NCBI GenBank assembly: GCA_037440005.1
Contig: JBBIUY010000041.1
Span: forward strand, 1-24,548
Direction of reading: 5' to 3'
Source: Armatimonadota bacterium
GTDB taxonomy: Bacteria > Sysuimicrobiota > Sysuimicrobiia > Sysuimicrobiales > Kaftiobacteriaceae
Length of the DNA stretch: 24,548 nt
In this document: positions 16,711-24,548 of the stretch, piece after piece
How positions within the stretch are numbered: the first letter of the stretch is position 1
Layout of the letters: each line of letters opens with the position of its first letter
Translations under genes and position numbers: made by a program
Notes under the pieces: model-generated
Seen by the model: the letters and a program-made list of their open reading frames with translations, nothing else
Databases searched by the model: none
What the model was told of the DNA's origin: nothing

Positions 16711-18987
16711 TCAGGACCGCTTCAGCAGCCGCTCCAGCTCCTCCAGCCCCACCAGGACCTCCCGGGGGTTGCTGCCCTGGGCGGGGCCGACGATGCCGCG
16801 CTCTTCCAGCTGGTCCACCAGGCGCGCCGCCCGCACGTAGCCGATCTTCATCTTGCGCTGCAGCAGCGACACCGACCCGTACCCCGCCCGCACCACCAGG
16901 CGGGCCGCCTCCGCCAGCAGGGCGTCTCCGTCTCCGTCGCCCGCCTCGGGGGCCTGCTCGGCGGCCAGCAGGTCCTGATCGAACACCGGGCGGCCCTGGG
17001 ACCTCCACCAGGCCACCAGAGCCTGGATCTCGCTGTCGGCGATGAACGCCCCCTGGGCGCGGGTGGGGCGGGCCGCCCCGATGGGCAGGAACAGCATGTC
17101 CCCCTTGCCCAGCAGCTTCTCGGCGCCGGGAGCGTCCAGGATGGTGCGGCTGTCCACCTGGCTGCTGACCGCAAAGGCGATCCGCGAGGGGATGTTGGCC
17201 TTGATGAGGCCCGTGATCACGTCCACCGACGGGCGCTGGGTGGCGACCACCAGGTGGATGCCGGTGGCCCGGGTCATCTGCGCCAGGCGGCAGATGACGT
17301 CCTCGAAGTCGGCGGGGGCCACCATCATCAGGTCGGCCAGCTCGTCCACCACGATGACGATGTAGGGCAGCCGCTCCCCGCCCGGGAGCTGGTTGTAGGT
17401 CTGGATGTTGCGGGTGCCGGTGGCCGCAAAGCGCTCGAAGCGCTCCTCCATCTCCCGCAGCATCTCCCGCAGGGCGCCGGCGGCGGCCCGGGGGTTGGTC
17501 ACCACGGGGGCCAGCAGGTGCGGGATGTTGGCGTAGTGGGCGAACTCCACCCGCTTGGGGTCGATGAGCAGCAGCCGCAGGTCCAGGGGCGTGCACCGGA
17601 ACAGCAGCCCGGCGATGATGGCGTTGAGCATCACCGACTTGCCCGACCCCGTCGCGCCGGCGATGAGCAGGTGGGGCATCTCGGTGAGGTCGGCGACGAT
17701 GGGGTGGCCTGCGATGTCCTTGCCCAGGGCCACCACCAGGGGGCCGGCGGCCCGCTGGTACTCGTCGCTGGTGAGGATCTCCTTGATGTGCACCAGGGAG
17801 GTCTTCTGGTTGGGGACCTCCAGGCCCACCGCGGACCGGCCCGGGATGGGTCCCTCGATGCGGACGCTCCCGCTGGCCAGCGCCAGGGCGATGTCGTTGG
17901 CCAGGCTGCTGATCTTCTGGACCCGCACGCCGGGCGCGGGCTGCACCTCGAAGCGGGTGACCACCGGCCCCTGCTCCCAGCGCACGACCTTGACCTCCAC
18001 CCCGAAGCTGGCCAGGGTCTGCTCCAGCAGGCGGGCCGTCTCGGCGGGGTCGGAGCGGGTCCGGCCGCGGGAGGACGCCGGCAGGTCCGCCAGCAGCGAC
18101 AGCGGGGGCAGCTCGTAGCCTCCGGTGGGCACCTGCAGGTCCAGGGACTCCTGCTGAGGCTGCGCTGTCTGCACCTCGGCGGCCCGCCGGGAGGTCCGCG
18201 TCGGCCGGGGTTTCCGCGCGGGAGTAGCGTCCGGGGCGGCCGCAGACGGCGCGGCGTCGGAGGGGACGGCGACCTCGGGGACGGGTTCCGGTGGGGCGGG
18301 CGGCCGTGCGGGAGCAGCTTGCGCGGCCGGCCGCAGCCGCCGGGCCAGAAGCGCCTGCCCCCGCCCGGCGGCCTCCCGGACGCGGCGGCCCAGGACCGTC
18401 AGGCCCTCCCGGACCACTGCCCCCAGCGCGGCCGCCGACCGGGCTAGAGTCCGCGCGCCCACGGCGGAGGCGGTCGCCACGAGGAAGGCAGCCCACCGCA
18501 CCCCCGCCCACCCCGCCCGGACGACCTGGGCCAGGCCGATCCGGGCAGCCCACAGCAGCCCCCAGGACCCCAGTAGAGCCAGCACCGCCCACGCCCCGGC
18601 AGGCCCGAAGGCCCGCCGCAGGACCCACAGGACCGCACCGCCGACCAGACCGGCTCCCCCGCCCCGCAGCCCTTCGGCCAGCTCGCTTCCGGCGGGGATC
18701 CGGCCGTGAACGGCGCCGGCCGCCGCGACCACCACCAGCGCCACCCCAACCGCCCGGCGCGCGAGTCCTGTCCGGCCCGCCGCCGCCACCAGCGCGAGCC
18801 CCGCACTGACCAGGGCGGCGGGGATCAGCCCGGCCAGCCGTCCCAACACCAGGCGCTGGACCCTGCCCAGCGCCTCGGCCACCCCGGTCGCCCCGGGCAC
18901 GAACGACAGGGCCAGCAACGCCCCGCCGACCAGCAGGACGGCCCCCAGGGGGCGGGCCCGGGTGCGCGAGCGTTTCCGGCGCGCCAC
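16711..18987 (-). CDS. ftsK: DNA translocase FtsK/SpoIIIE, ~758 aa
   Basis: C-terminal part of track ORF 16711..20121; GTG at 18987 after GGAGG, just past the uppP stop. N-terminal TM domain, GPVVTRFE, PHLLIAGATGSGKS, IDPK, VVDELADLMM, ATQRPSVDVITG, and gamma domain SVSLLQRKMKIGYVRAARLVDQLE. Confidence 0.96.
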   Translation of the reverse strand: MARRKRSRTRARPLGAVLLVGGALLALSFVPGATGVAEALGRVQRLVLGRLAGLIPAALVSAGLALVAAAGRTGLARRAVGVALVVVAAAGAVHGRIPAGSELAEGLRGGGAGLVGGAVLWVLRRAFGPAGAWAVLALLGSWGLLWAARIGLAQVVRAGWAGVRWAAFLVATASAVGARTLARSAAALGAVVREGLTVLGRRVREAAGRGQALLARRLRPAAQAAPARPPAPPEPVPEVAVPSDAAPSAAAPDATPARKPRPTRTSRRAAEVQTAQPQQESLDLQVPTGGYELPPLSLLADLPASSRGRTRSDPAETARLLEQTLASFGVEVKVVRWEQGPVVTRFEVQPAPGVRVQKISSLANDIALALASGSVRIEGPIPGRSAVGLEVPNQKTSLVHIKEILTSDEYQRAAGPLVVALGKDIAGHPIVADLTEMPHLLIAGATGSGKSVMLNAIIAGLLFRCTPLDLRLLLIDPKRVEFAHYANIPHLLAPVVTNPRAAAGALREMLREMEERFERFAATGTRNIQTYNQLPGGERLPYIVIVVDELADLMMVAPADFEDVICRLAQMTRATGIHLVVATQRPSVDVITGLIKANIPSRIAFAVSSQVDSRTILDAPGAEKLLGKGDMLFLPIGAARPTRAQGAFIADSEIQALVAWWRSQGRPVFDQDLLAAEQAPEAGDGDGDALLAEAARLVVRAGYGSVSLLQRKMKIGYVRAARLVDQLEERGIVGPAQGSNPREVLVGLEELERLLKRS

Positions 18988-18989
18988 AG

Positions 18990-19790
18990 CTATCGGCCTC
19001 CCACGACCAGCACGACGGCGCCCACGACCAGGCAGTACACCCCGAAGTGACGCAGCTGGCCGCGGCGTACCGCGTGCAGCAACCAGCGGATGGCGGCCGC
19101 GCCGCTGGCCGCGGCCACGGCAAATCCCACCAGCAACTGCGCCGGAGTATAGCCCATCGCCTCGCCCAGCGAAAGGTCCTTCAGCCCCACCAGTCCCGCC
19201 CCGGCCACCGCCGGGATGGCCGCCAGTAACGACAGGCGGACGGCGTCGTCCCGGCGCAGCCCCATCCACAGGGCCGCGGCGATGGTGGTGCCCGAGCGGG
19301 ACAGCCCCGGGATGATGGCGGCGGCCTGAGCCAGCCCCACCGCCACCCCGTCGGCGGCGGTGGCCTCGGTCAGCGCGCGGCCGCTGCGCTCCCGGGCCAG
19401 CAGGAGGAGGATGCCCGTCGCCATCAGCTGCGCGGCGGTCCCGCGCAGCGAGCTGAACATCCGCTCCAGCGGGTCCTGGAAGGCCAGTCCCAGGACGGCG
19501 GTGATGGTGGTGATCAGGACGATCACCCAGGCCACCCGGCCATAAGCGGACAGGACCGGGTGGGACCGCCTCCGCAGGGACAGGACCCATCCCCCGGCCA
19601 GGCGGCGCACGTCCCCCCAGAACAGCACCAGCGCCGCGGCGGCGGTGCCCAGGTGCAGGACAGCCTCCAGCAGGATGCCCGGGCGGCGGATCCCCAGCAG
19701 CGCTTCGGCAAAGAGCAGGTGGGCGGTGCTGCTGACCGGGAGGAATTCGGTGAGGCCCTGGACCAGGCCCAGGACGACCATGTTCAGCAC
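18990..19790 (-). CDS. uppP: Undecaprenyl-diphosphate phosphatase (BacA/UppP), 266 aa
   Basis: GLVQGLTEFLPVSSTAHL, LHLGT and PGLSRSGTTI; polytopic membrane protein. Confidence 0.96.
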   Translation of the reverse strand: MLNMVVLGLVQGLTEFLPVSSTAHLLFAEALLGIRRPGILLEAVLHLGTAAAALVLFWGDVRRLAGGWVLSLRRRSHPVLSAYGRVAWVIVLITTITAVLGLAFQDPLERMFSSLRGTAAQLMATGILLLLARERSGRALTEATAADGVAVGLAQAAAIIPGLSRSGTTIAAALWMGLRRDDAVRLSLLAAIPAVAGAGLVGLKDLSLGEAMGYTPAQLLVGFAVAAASGAAAIRWLLHAVRRGQLRHFGVYCLVVGAVVLVVGGR

Positions 19791-19822
19791 GTGCGCGCTC
19801 CGACGGCAGGTGCGTGGTCAGG

Positions 19823-19836
19823 CGAATCTGTGTTCG
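19823..19836. promoter_or_regulatory. Possible second LexA box CGAATCTGTGTTCG upstream of uppP-ftsK
   Basis: One mismatch from CGAAC-N4-GTTCG; intergenic, ~33 nt upstream of the uppP start. Confidence 0.45.
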
Positions 19837-19991
19837 TGCCGACCGGATTCTGTGCCGGCAGCCGGTGTTCCTCCCCGCGTGTGACCGGACGGGCCGGCAC
19901 ATCGTCCCCGGGCGGCGGACTGGCCGCCGCCGCCTGCCGCAACCGTCGCCTTCGGCTTGGTGCCCGCTCTGTGCGGAGGATGCGGCCTGGA

Positions 19992-22346
19992 TCAGTGACC
20001 GTAGAGGTAGAGAGCCAGGCGGGCGCGTTCGCGCGCCCCCATCGCCCTGAATTCGACAGCCACCGTGGTCGCGAACAGACCGCGCCGGATTCTCTTGACG
20101 GAGGACGGGACGCAGAACCACCTCCCCTGGGGGGACATCAACTTCAGGGTCGCTCCCCGCAGCCCGTCAGAAATACCCCGGGATGTAACCACGCACGCGC
20201 CGCCAAGGCTGATGTCCTTGACCCGGGCCGGCACGCTTTTCTTCCCGGCGGTGACCACACACATCCACTTCTGGGCGACCCGGGGTGTCCGCCTCCGGCG
20301 CGGTTGCTCCCGGATAACGCTCCGCAGCGGACCGGTCAGAAAGGTCAGAACGTCCGTCCAGACACCGGTCAAGCGGTCCGGGGCTCGGTCCAGACCCTCC
20401 GGCGTCCCGTAGACAGTGGCGATGAGATTCCGCCGTTGCTCCTCGGTCATCCCCACAAATCGCAGCCCCACCTTCATCGTCTTCGTGTCCACTAGGTCGC
20501 ACGCCACGACTTCCCCCGCAAGCGGATCTCCCCTGCCGTCTCCGTCGAGGCTGAGGGTCACCACGGGGGGAAGTGCGCGAGGGGCCAGGAGGATGGAGGC
20601 ACCGGTCTCGCTGATGTCCAGGGTCCGGCCCTGACAGCTGACGTTGTGCGTCACCAGGCGTCGGTAAAGGAAGCCCCGTACTGCACCGGTTGTCACGCGG
20701 TACTCCCGGAAGTCCAGCCAGTCGGCGCTCAGCTGCACCGGGAGCGAGGCGGTGACCCGGGGCGCGGTTCGCCTCTGGGGCCGCTCCCACACCACCGCGG
20801 TGGCCCACCCGCAGGTGATGAGGTGGTGGAAGGCCCACAGGACGTTCACCATGACGAAGGCCGGGGTGCGGCCCGCTGCCACCATCCGTGCGATGCCGAC
20901 GCCCATGCCCGCGATCAGCAATGCACCGGTCAGGAGCGGCGGCGTGGCCAGGACGGCGTGGAAGACCCGGCGGTGCCGCTGGATTCCCTTGGGGGTGACC
21001 CGAAAGGTGGCTCCCCGGGGCCGGATCAACGTCTGCACCACAACCGGAAGCTGGAAGAAGCTGAGGGACAGTTCGTAGGCATTGGAGATCAAGCCGCCCC
21101 GCAGCCCCCGGTTGAACATGTCGAACACGGTGACGCTGACCAGGTAGTGGGCAAGGAAGTAGTTTGCGAGGGCGGGAACGTCGGCGACCATGGGCTTGAT
21201 GCCGGCGAGGAGGTACGCCAGCGGCGCAAAGGTGTAGACGAGCCGTGGAATCGGGAAGAAAAAGTGGAAAATGGAGTGCAGGTACAGGAGCCGCTGGGAG
21301 AGGGTGAGTCCCCTCATGACCAGCGGGTTGTCCAGGCGCAGGGCTTGGAGGGCCCCGCGGGCCCACCGCAGGCGCTGGGTCACGTAGTGGGAGAAATCCT
21401 CGGGTGCCAGGCCCCGGGACAACGGCCTGTTGAGGTAAATCGACCGATAGCCGCGTGCGTGGAGGTGGAGGCTGGTGTGGAAGTCTTCGGTTACCGTGTC
21501 GGTTTTGAATCCTCCGATGGCCTCCAGCGCGGACCGCCGGAAGACCGCGGCGGACCCGCAGAAGAAGGCGGCGTTCCAACGGTCCCTGCCGGGCAGCACC
21601 GCTCGGTAAAACAGGTCCTGCTCGTTGGCGACCTGTCGGGTCAGCAGGAGGTTCCGCTGGAACGGCTCAGGATTGTAGAACGTGTGAGGGGTCTGGACGA
21701 ACGCGACCCGGGGATCGGCGAAGAAGCCCACGGTTTCCCGAAGGAAGCTGCGGACCGGAACGTGGTCCACGTCGAACACCGCCACCAGATCTCCGGACGA
21801 GTGCGTGAGCGCATGGTTGAGGTTCCCCGCCTTCGCGTGGATCCGTTCCCCCCTGGCCAGGTAGACGCACCCCAGTCTGCGGGCCAAGTCCTGGACCTCC
21901 TTCCGCCCTCCGTCATCGAGGATGTAGACCGTCTTACGGGGGTAGTCCATGGCCAGGCAGCTCACGGCCGTGCGGAACAGGATCTCTGTCGGCTCGTCGC
22001 AGATGGTGATGAACACATCCACGGAGGGCAGATGACGGGGAAGCGGGGGCGAAGGGCGGGCCTCGGGTATCGCCCAGGTTTGAGCGTAGAAGAAGAGGAG
22101 CTGGCTCACCCCGTAGATCTCGGCGCCGACGAGGGCGGAACTGATCACCGCCGACAGGACATTCTCGTGGTTAAGGGTGACGAGGACCCGCCAGAGAACG
22201 TAGCGGATCGACAAGAGGGCGCTGATCACAAAGCAGATCCGGCGAGCCCGAGGATCGGTGTACCGGACCAGGGAGAGGGCCAGCGCGAGCGCTCCCAGGG
22301 ACAGGAAGAAGAGGTCCTGCCGTGCCAGAGAAGAAAGTGCCCACAT
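19992..22346 (-). CDS. bcsA: Cellulose synthase catalytic subunit-like GT2 (BcsA) with two C-terminal PilZ domains, ~784 aa
   Basis: ILDDG, HAKAGNLN, FDVDH, VQTPH.F.N, FFCGS, TED, QRLRW, gating loop FRVTPK; PilZ motifs RTAPR...DISETG and RRTPR...DISLGG. The ATG at 22346 precedes the first TM helix; the track's 97-aa extension looks non-coding. Confidence 0.9.
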   Translation of the reverse strand: MWALSSLARQDLFFLSLGALALALSLVRYTDPRARRICFVISALLSIRYVLWRVLVTLNHENVLSAVISSALVGAEIYGVSQLLFFYAQTWAIPEARPSPPLPRHLPSVDVFITICDEPTEILFRTAVSCLAMDYPRKTVYILDDGGRKEVQDLARRLGCVYLARGERIHAKAGNLNHALTHSSGDLVAVFDVDHVPVRSFLRETVGFFADPRVAFVQTPHTFYNPEPFQRNLLLTRQVANEQDLFYRAVLPGRDRWNAAFFCGSAAVFRRSALEAIGGFKTDTVTEDFHTSLHLHARGYRSIYLNRPLSRGLAPEDFSHYVTQRLRWARGALQALRLDNPLVMRGLTLSQRLLYLHSIFHFFFPIPRLVYTFAPLAYLLAGIKPMVADVPALANYFLAHYLVSVTVFDMFNRGLRGGLISNAYELSLSFFQLPVVVQTLIRPRGATFRVTPKGIQRHRRVFHAVLATPPLLTGALLIAGMGVGIARMVAAGRTPAFVMVNVLWAFHHLITCGWATAVVWERPQRRTAPRVTASLPVQLSADWLDFREYRVTTGAVRGFLYRRLVTHNVSCQGRTLDISETGASILLAPRALPPVVTLSLDGDGRGDPLAGEVVACDLVDTKTMKVGLRFVGMTEEQRRNLIATVYGTPEGLDRAPDRLTGVWTDVLTFLTGPLRSVIREQPRRRRTPRVAQKWMCVVTAGKKSVPARVKDISLGGACVVTSRGISDGLRGATLKLMSPQGRWFCVPSSVKRIRRGLFATTVAVEFRAMGARERARLALYLYGH

Positions 22347-22623
22347 CCGATCCGCCCTGTCACTCCGGACGAGGAACTTCACAAGGCCCGTGGCCGGAGG
22401 AGTTCTGGCGCGGGCCTCGCCAGGGCAGGACGAGCGCGGCACACCTGCCCACGCCATACACCCCGCCGAATCGGCGGCGGTATTCGACCCGATCTCGACC
22501 CTCTCCTGCGGCAGAGGCTTCATCCCTCCACACGGATGATGGCAGCAGGAGTAGAGAGGCCGGGGTTGGCAGGAGCCGCAGGCGCACCGGGCCAACTGAA
22601 CCCGTAGGCTGCGTGTCACCCCG

Positions 22624-23103
22624 ATGCCGAACACCACGCCTCGGCGCGCCCCCCGATCCCGACTGGATTATGGCCGGGCGATCGAGACGCTGCGCACCTC
22701 CCGCGGCCTCTCCCGGGAGGAGCTGGCGCGCCTGGCCCGCATCTCCCGCTCGTACCTGCACGAGGTCGAGCGGGGGTTGAAGCGTCCGTCGGCGGACATC
22801 CTGGCCCGGCTGGCCCGGGCGCTGGGGGTCGGTACCGCCGCCCTGATGCAGTACGTGGAAGAGATCTCCGCCCCGCCCGACGAGGACCGCCCGGCCGCCG
22901 TCCAGCTGTCCCTGCGCGGCGGGCGGCCGCTAGCCCTCTTCGACCCCGGCGACGTGGCGGATCGGGAGGGGCCGCCGGACCGGGAGGCGCTGATGGTGGC
23001 CGAACTGCTGGTCATCGCCCGCCGGCTGCCCCCCGCCGACCGGGCGGCCCTGCTGGCTCTGGCCCGCCACCTGCTCACCCGGTCCGGGCGAGAGAGGGCC
23101 TAA
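22624..23103 (+). CDS. XRE-family (HTH_3) transcriptional regulator, 159 aa
   Basis: YGRAIETLRTSRGLSREELARLARISRSYLHEVERGLKRPSADILARLARALGV is a canonical cro/C1-type HTH; divergent from bcsA. Confidence 0.88.
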   Translation: MPNTTPRRAPRSRLDYGRAIETLRTSRGLSREELARLARISRSYLHEVERGLKRPSADILARLARALGVGTAALMQYVEEISAPPDEDRPAAVQLSLRGGRPLALFDPGDVADREGPPDREALMVAELLVIARRLPPADRAALLALARHLLTRSGRERA

Positions 23104-24410
23104 CCCTGCCCGGGAGCCTCCCCGCCGGCCGGTCCCGCCGGCAGCGCCACCACCTGCTGCTCCACCAGAGGCGCGTCGGGCAGGTCCTCCCCGCTCGCGC
23201 CCAGCTCGCCCAGGCGACGGGCGGCCGGCAGGACCCTCTGAGTCATGGCCCCCGCCGCCTTGTTGTAGTACTTGGCGGCGCTGTCGAGCCGTTCTCCCAG
23301 TTCGATGAAGTTCTGCAGGAAAGACCGGAGCCGTTCGTGGAGCTGGCGGCCCAGGTCTGCGATGGCGCGGGCGTTTTCCGCGATGCTGCGCTGCTGCCAG
23401 CCGTAGGCCACGGCCTTCAGCAGCGCCAGCAGCGTCACCGGGCTGGTGAGCAGGACGCGCTGCTGGATGGCGGTCTCCAGCAGGGTCGGCTCCCGCTCGA
23501 AGGCGGCCGCCAGGGCCGCCTCGCTGGGGATGAACATGACGGTGAGTTCGGGAGACCCGCCGAACTGCTCCCAGTACCGTTTGGTCGCCAGCTGCTGGAT
23601 GTGCTGTTTGAGGGCCTTCACGTGGGCGTCCAGGCGCGCGGAGCGAGCCGACTCCTCTGCCTCCAGGGATTCCAGGTAGGCCTGCATGGGCGCCTTGGAG
23701 TCGACACAGATTGCCCCACCGTGGGGGAGGTGGACGACCAGGTCCGGCCGGCCTGTGTCGGTCTGGAGCTGCTCGCTGAAGTCCACGTGCTCCTGCATCC
23801 CGGCGAACTCCACGATGCGCCGCAGCTGCATTTCTCCCCACCGGCCCCGCGTCCCGGTGGACTTCAGCGCGTAGCCCAGCGACCGCGTCGTCTCCTGGAG
23901 GTCGGCGTGGGTCTGGGAGAGTTGCCGTAACTGCTCCTGCAGCCTCTCGTAGGCCCCCTCCCGCTTCTGCTCCAGCAGCCGTATCTCGCGTTCCAATCCG
24001 TCCAGGGTCCTGCCCAGGGGTTCCAGCAGCCTGGCCAGGTGCTCGCGTCCGGCCTGCCAGTCGCCGCGGACTTCGGACAGCAGACGGTGCAGCCGGTCGG
24101 CCGTGCGCTCCAGCAGTGCGTCGGCGTTGGCCTGCAGCGTCTCGGCGGCGAGGGCCCGAAAGGCCTCCCGCAGGACCTGTTCGGCGCGGTCAATCCAGCG
24201 CAGTTTGTCCTGGGCACCTTCGGCGGCGGTCTGAAGCTCGGCCAGCCGGACCTGGGCCTCGGCGTGCGTCCGGCGAAGATCCGCAAGTTCGCCTTCCAGC
24301 TGAGTGGTCCGACGGAGTTCCCGGACGACGTGGGACCTGGTCACGAGCCACACAGTGAGCCCGCCGAGGACGAGCCCGCCGATGAACGTCACGACCGGGA
24401 TAATCTCCAT
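23100..24410 (-). CDS. rmuC: DNA recombination protein RmuC, 436 aa
   Basis: N-terminal TM helix, coiled coil, then RGRWGEMQL, RPDLVVHLP, VDSKAP, L..KRYW, MFIPSE and SPVTLLALLKAVAYGWQQ. Confidence 0.95.
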   Translation of the reverse strand: MEIIPVVTFIGGLVLGGLTVWLVTRSHVVRELRRTTQLEGELADLRRTHAEAQVRLAELQTAAEGAQDKLRWIDRAEQVLREAFRALAAETLQANADALLERTADRLHRLLSEVRGDWQAGREHLARLLEPLGRTLDGLEREIRLLEQKREGAYERLQEQLRQLSQTHADLQETTRSLGYALKSTGTRGRWGEMQLRRIVEFAGMQEHVDFSEQLQTDTGRPDLVVHLPHGGAICVDSKAPMQAYLESLEAEESARSARLDAHVKALKQHIQQLATKRYWEQFGGSPELTVMFIPSEAALAAAFEREPTLLETAIQQRVLLTSPVTLLALLKAVAYGWQQRSIAENARAIADLGRQLHERLRSFLQNFIELGERLDSAAKYYNKAAGAMTQRVLPAARRLGELGASGEDLPDAPLVEQQVVALPAGPAGGEAPGQG

Positions 24411-24519
24411 CCGGTGACTCCAGTTGTGAAGTTTTGCCGCGCTCCCTATTCTTCACTGCCCTCTGCGCGCCGGCACAAGACCTCCGTTCACGCAGTTGCA
24501 GTCGGGGGCGCGGATCATC

Positions 24520-24548
24520 GCTTCAATGGGGCCGCGGTCTTTCGACCG
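24520..24548 (-). CRISPR. Single truncated CRISPR direct repeat (type I-G/I-U-like); array probably continues beyond the right edge
   Basis: Plus strand GCTTCAATGGGGCCGCGGTCTTTCGACCG; minus strand ...CGGTC-GAAA-GACCG-CGGCCCCATTGAAGC, with the ATTGAAG(C) 3' handle and a GNRA-capped hairpin. Only one partial copy is visible. Confidence 0.65.

Noticed and set aside
16711..20121. 1136-aa FtsK with a long N-terminal extension
   Set aside because: The extension overlaps uppP and bcsA in another frame; an RBS and GTG at 18987 give a normal FtsK.
22347..22440. Possible c-di-GMP-I riboswitch upstream of bcsA (GCCACGGGCC resembles part of P2)
   Set aside because: The GGCAAA...GAAA...CGCAAAG core is absent on both strands.
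22347..22637. 97-aa Cys-rich N-terminal extension of BcsA in the ORF track
   Set aside because: It overlaps the XRE start and the structured intergenic region and does not resemble a BcsA N-terminus; a start at 22346 or a few codons upstream is more plausible.
24450..24486. Possible degenerate CRISPR repeat (CTTCACTG, 70 nt before CTTCAATG)
   Set aside because: Spacing fits, but only 7 of 8 nt match and the hairpin portion shows no similarity; too weak to call a repeat-spacer unit.

Overview
A very GC-rich bacterial chromosomal segment, mostly core genes with a few accessory additions. The leftward backbone is uppP-ftsK ... rodZ-cinA-thpR-recA-recX. It continues, through 4-nt start/stop overlaps, into a UvrD/PcrA helicase fused to a 4-Cys (Fe-S-type) RecB-family nuclease, an SbcD/Mre11 nuclease and an SbcC/YhaN-like SMC ATPase that is cut off at the left edge. 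recA has a near-consensus sigma70 promoter (TTGACA-17-TAGACT) with a Gram-positive-type LexA box in its spacer, so the five genes look like one SOS double-strand-break repair operon. Between ftsK and rodZ sits a nucleoside module: psuK-like kinase and psuG, divergent from a BMP/CUT2 ABC transporter that resembles hyperthermophilic archaeal homologues. On the right are an orphan cellulose-synthase-like bcsA with two PilZ domains, a highly structured intergenic region, a divergent XRE regulator and rmuC. The last 29 nt look like a truncated type I-G-like CRISPR repeat. All calls come from motif reading by eye; no database searches or computations were run.
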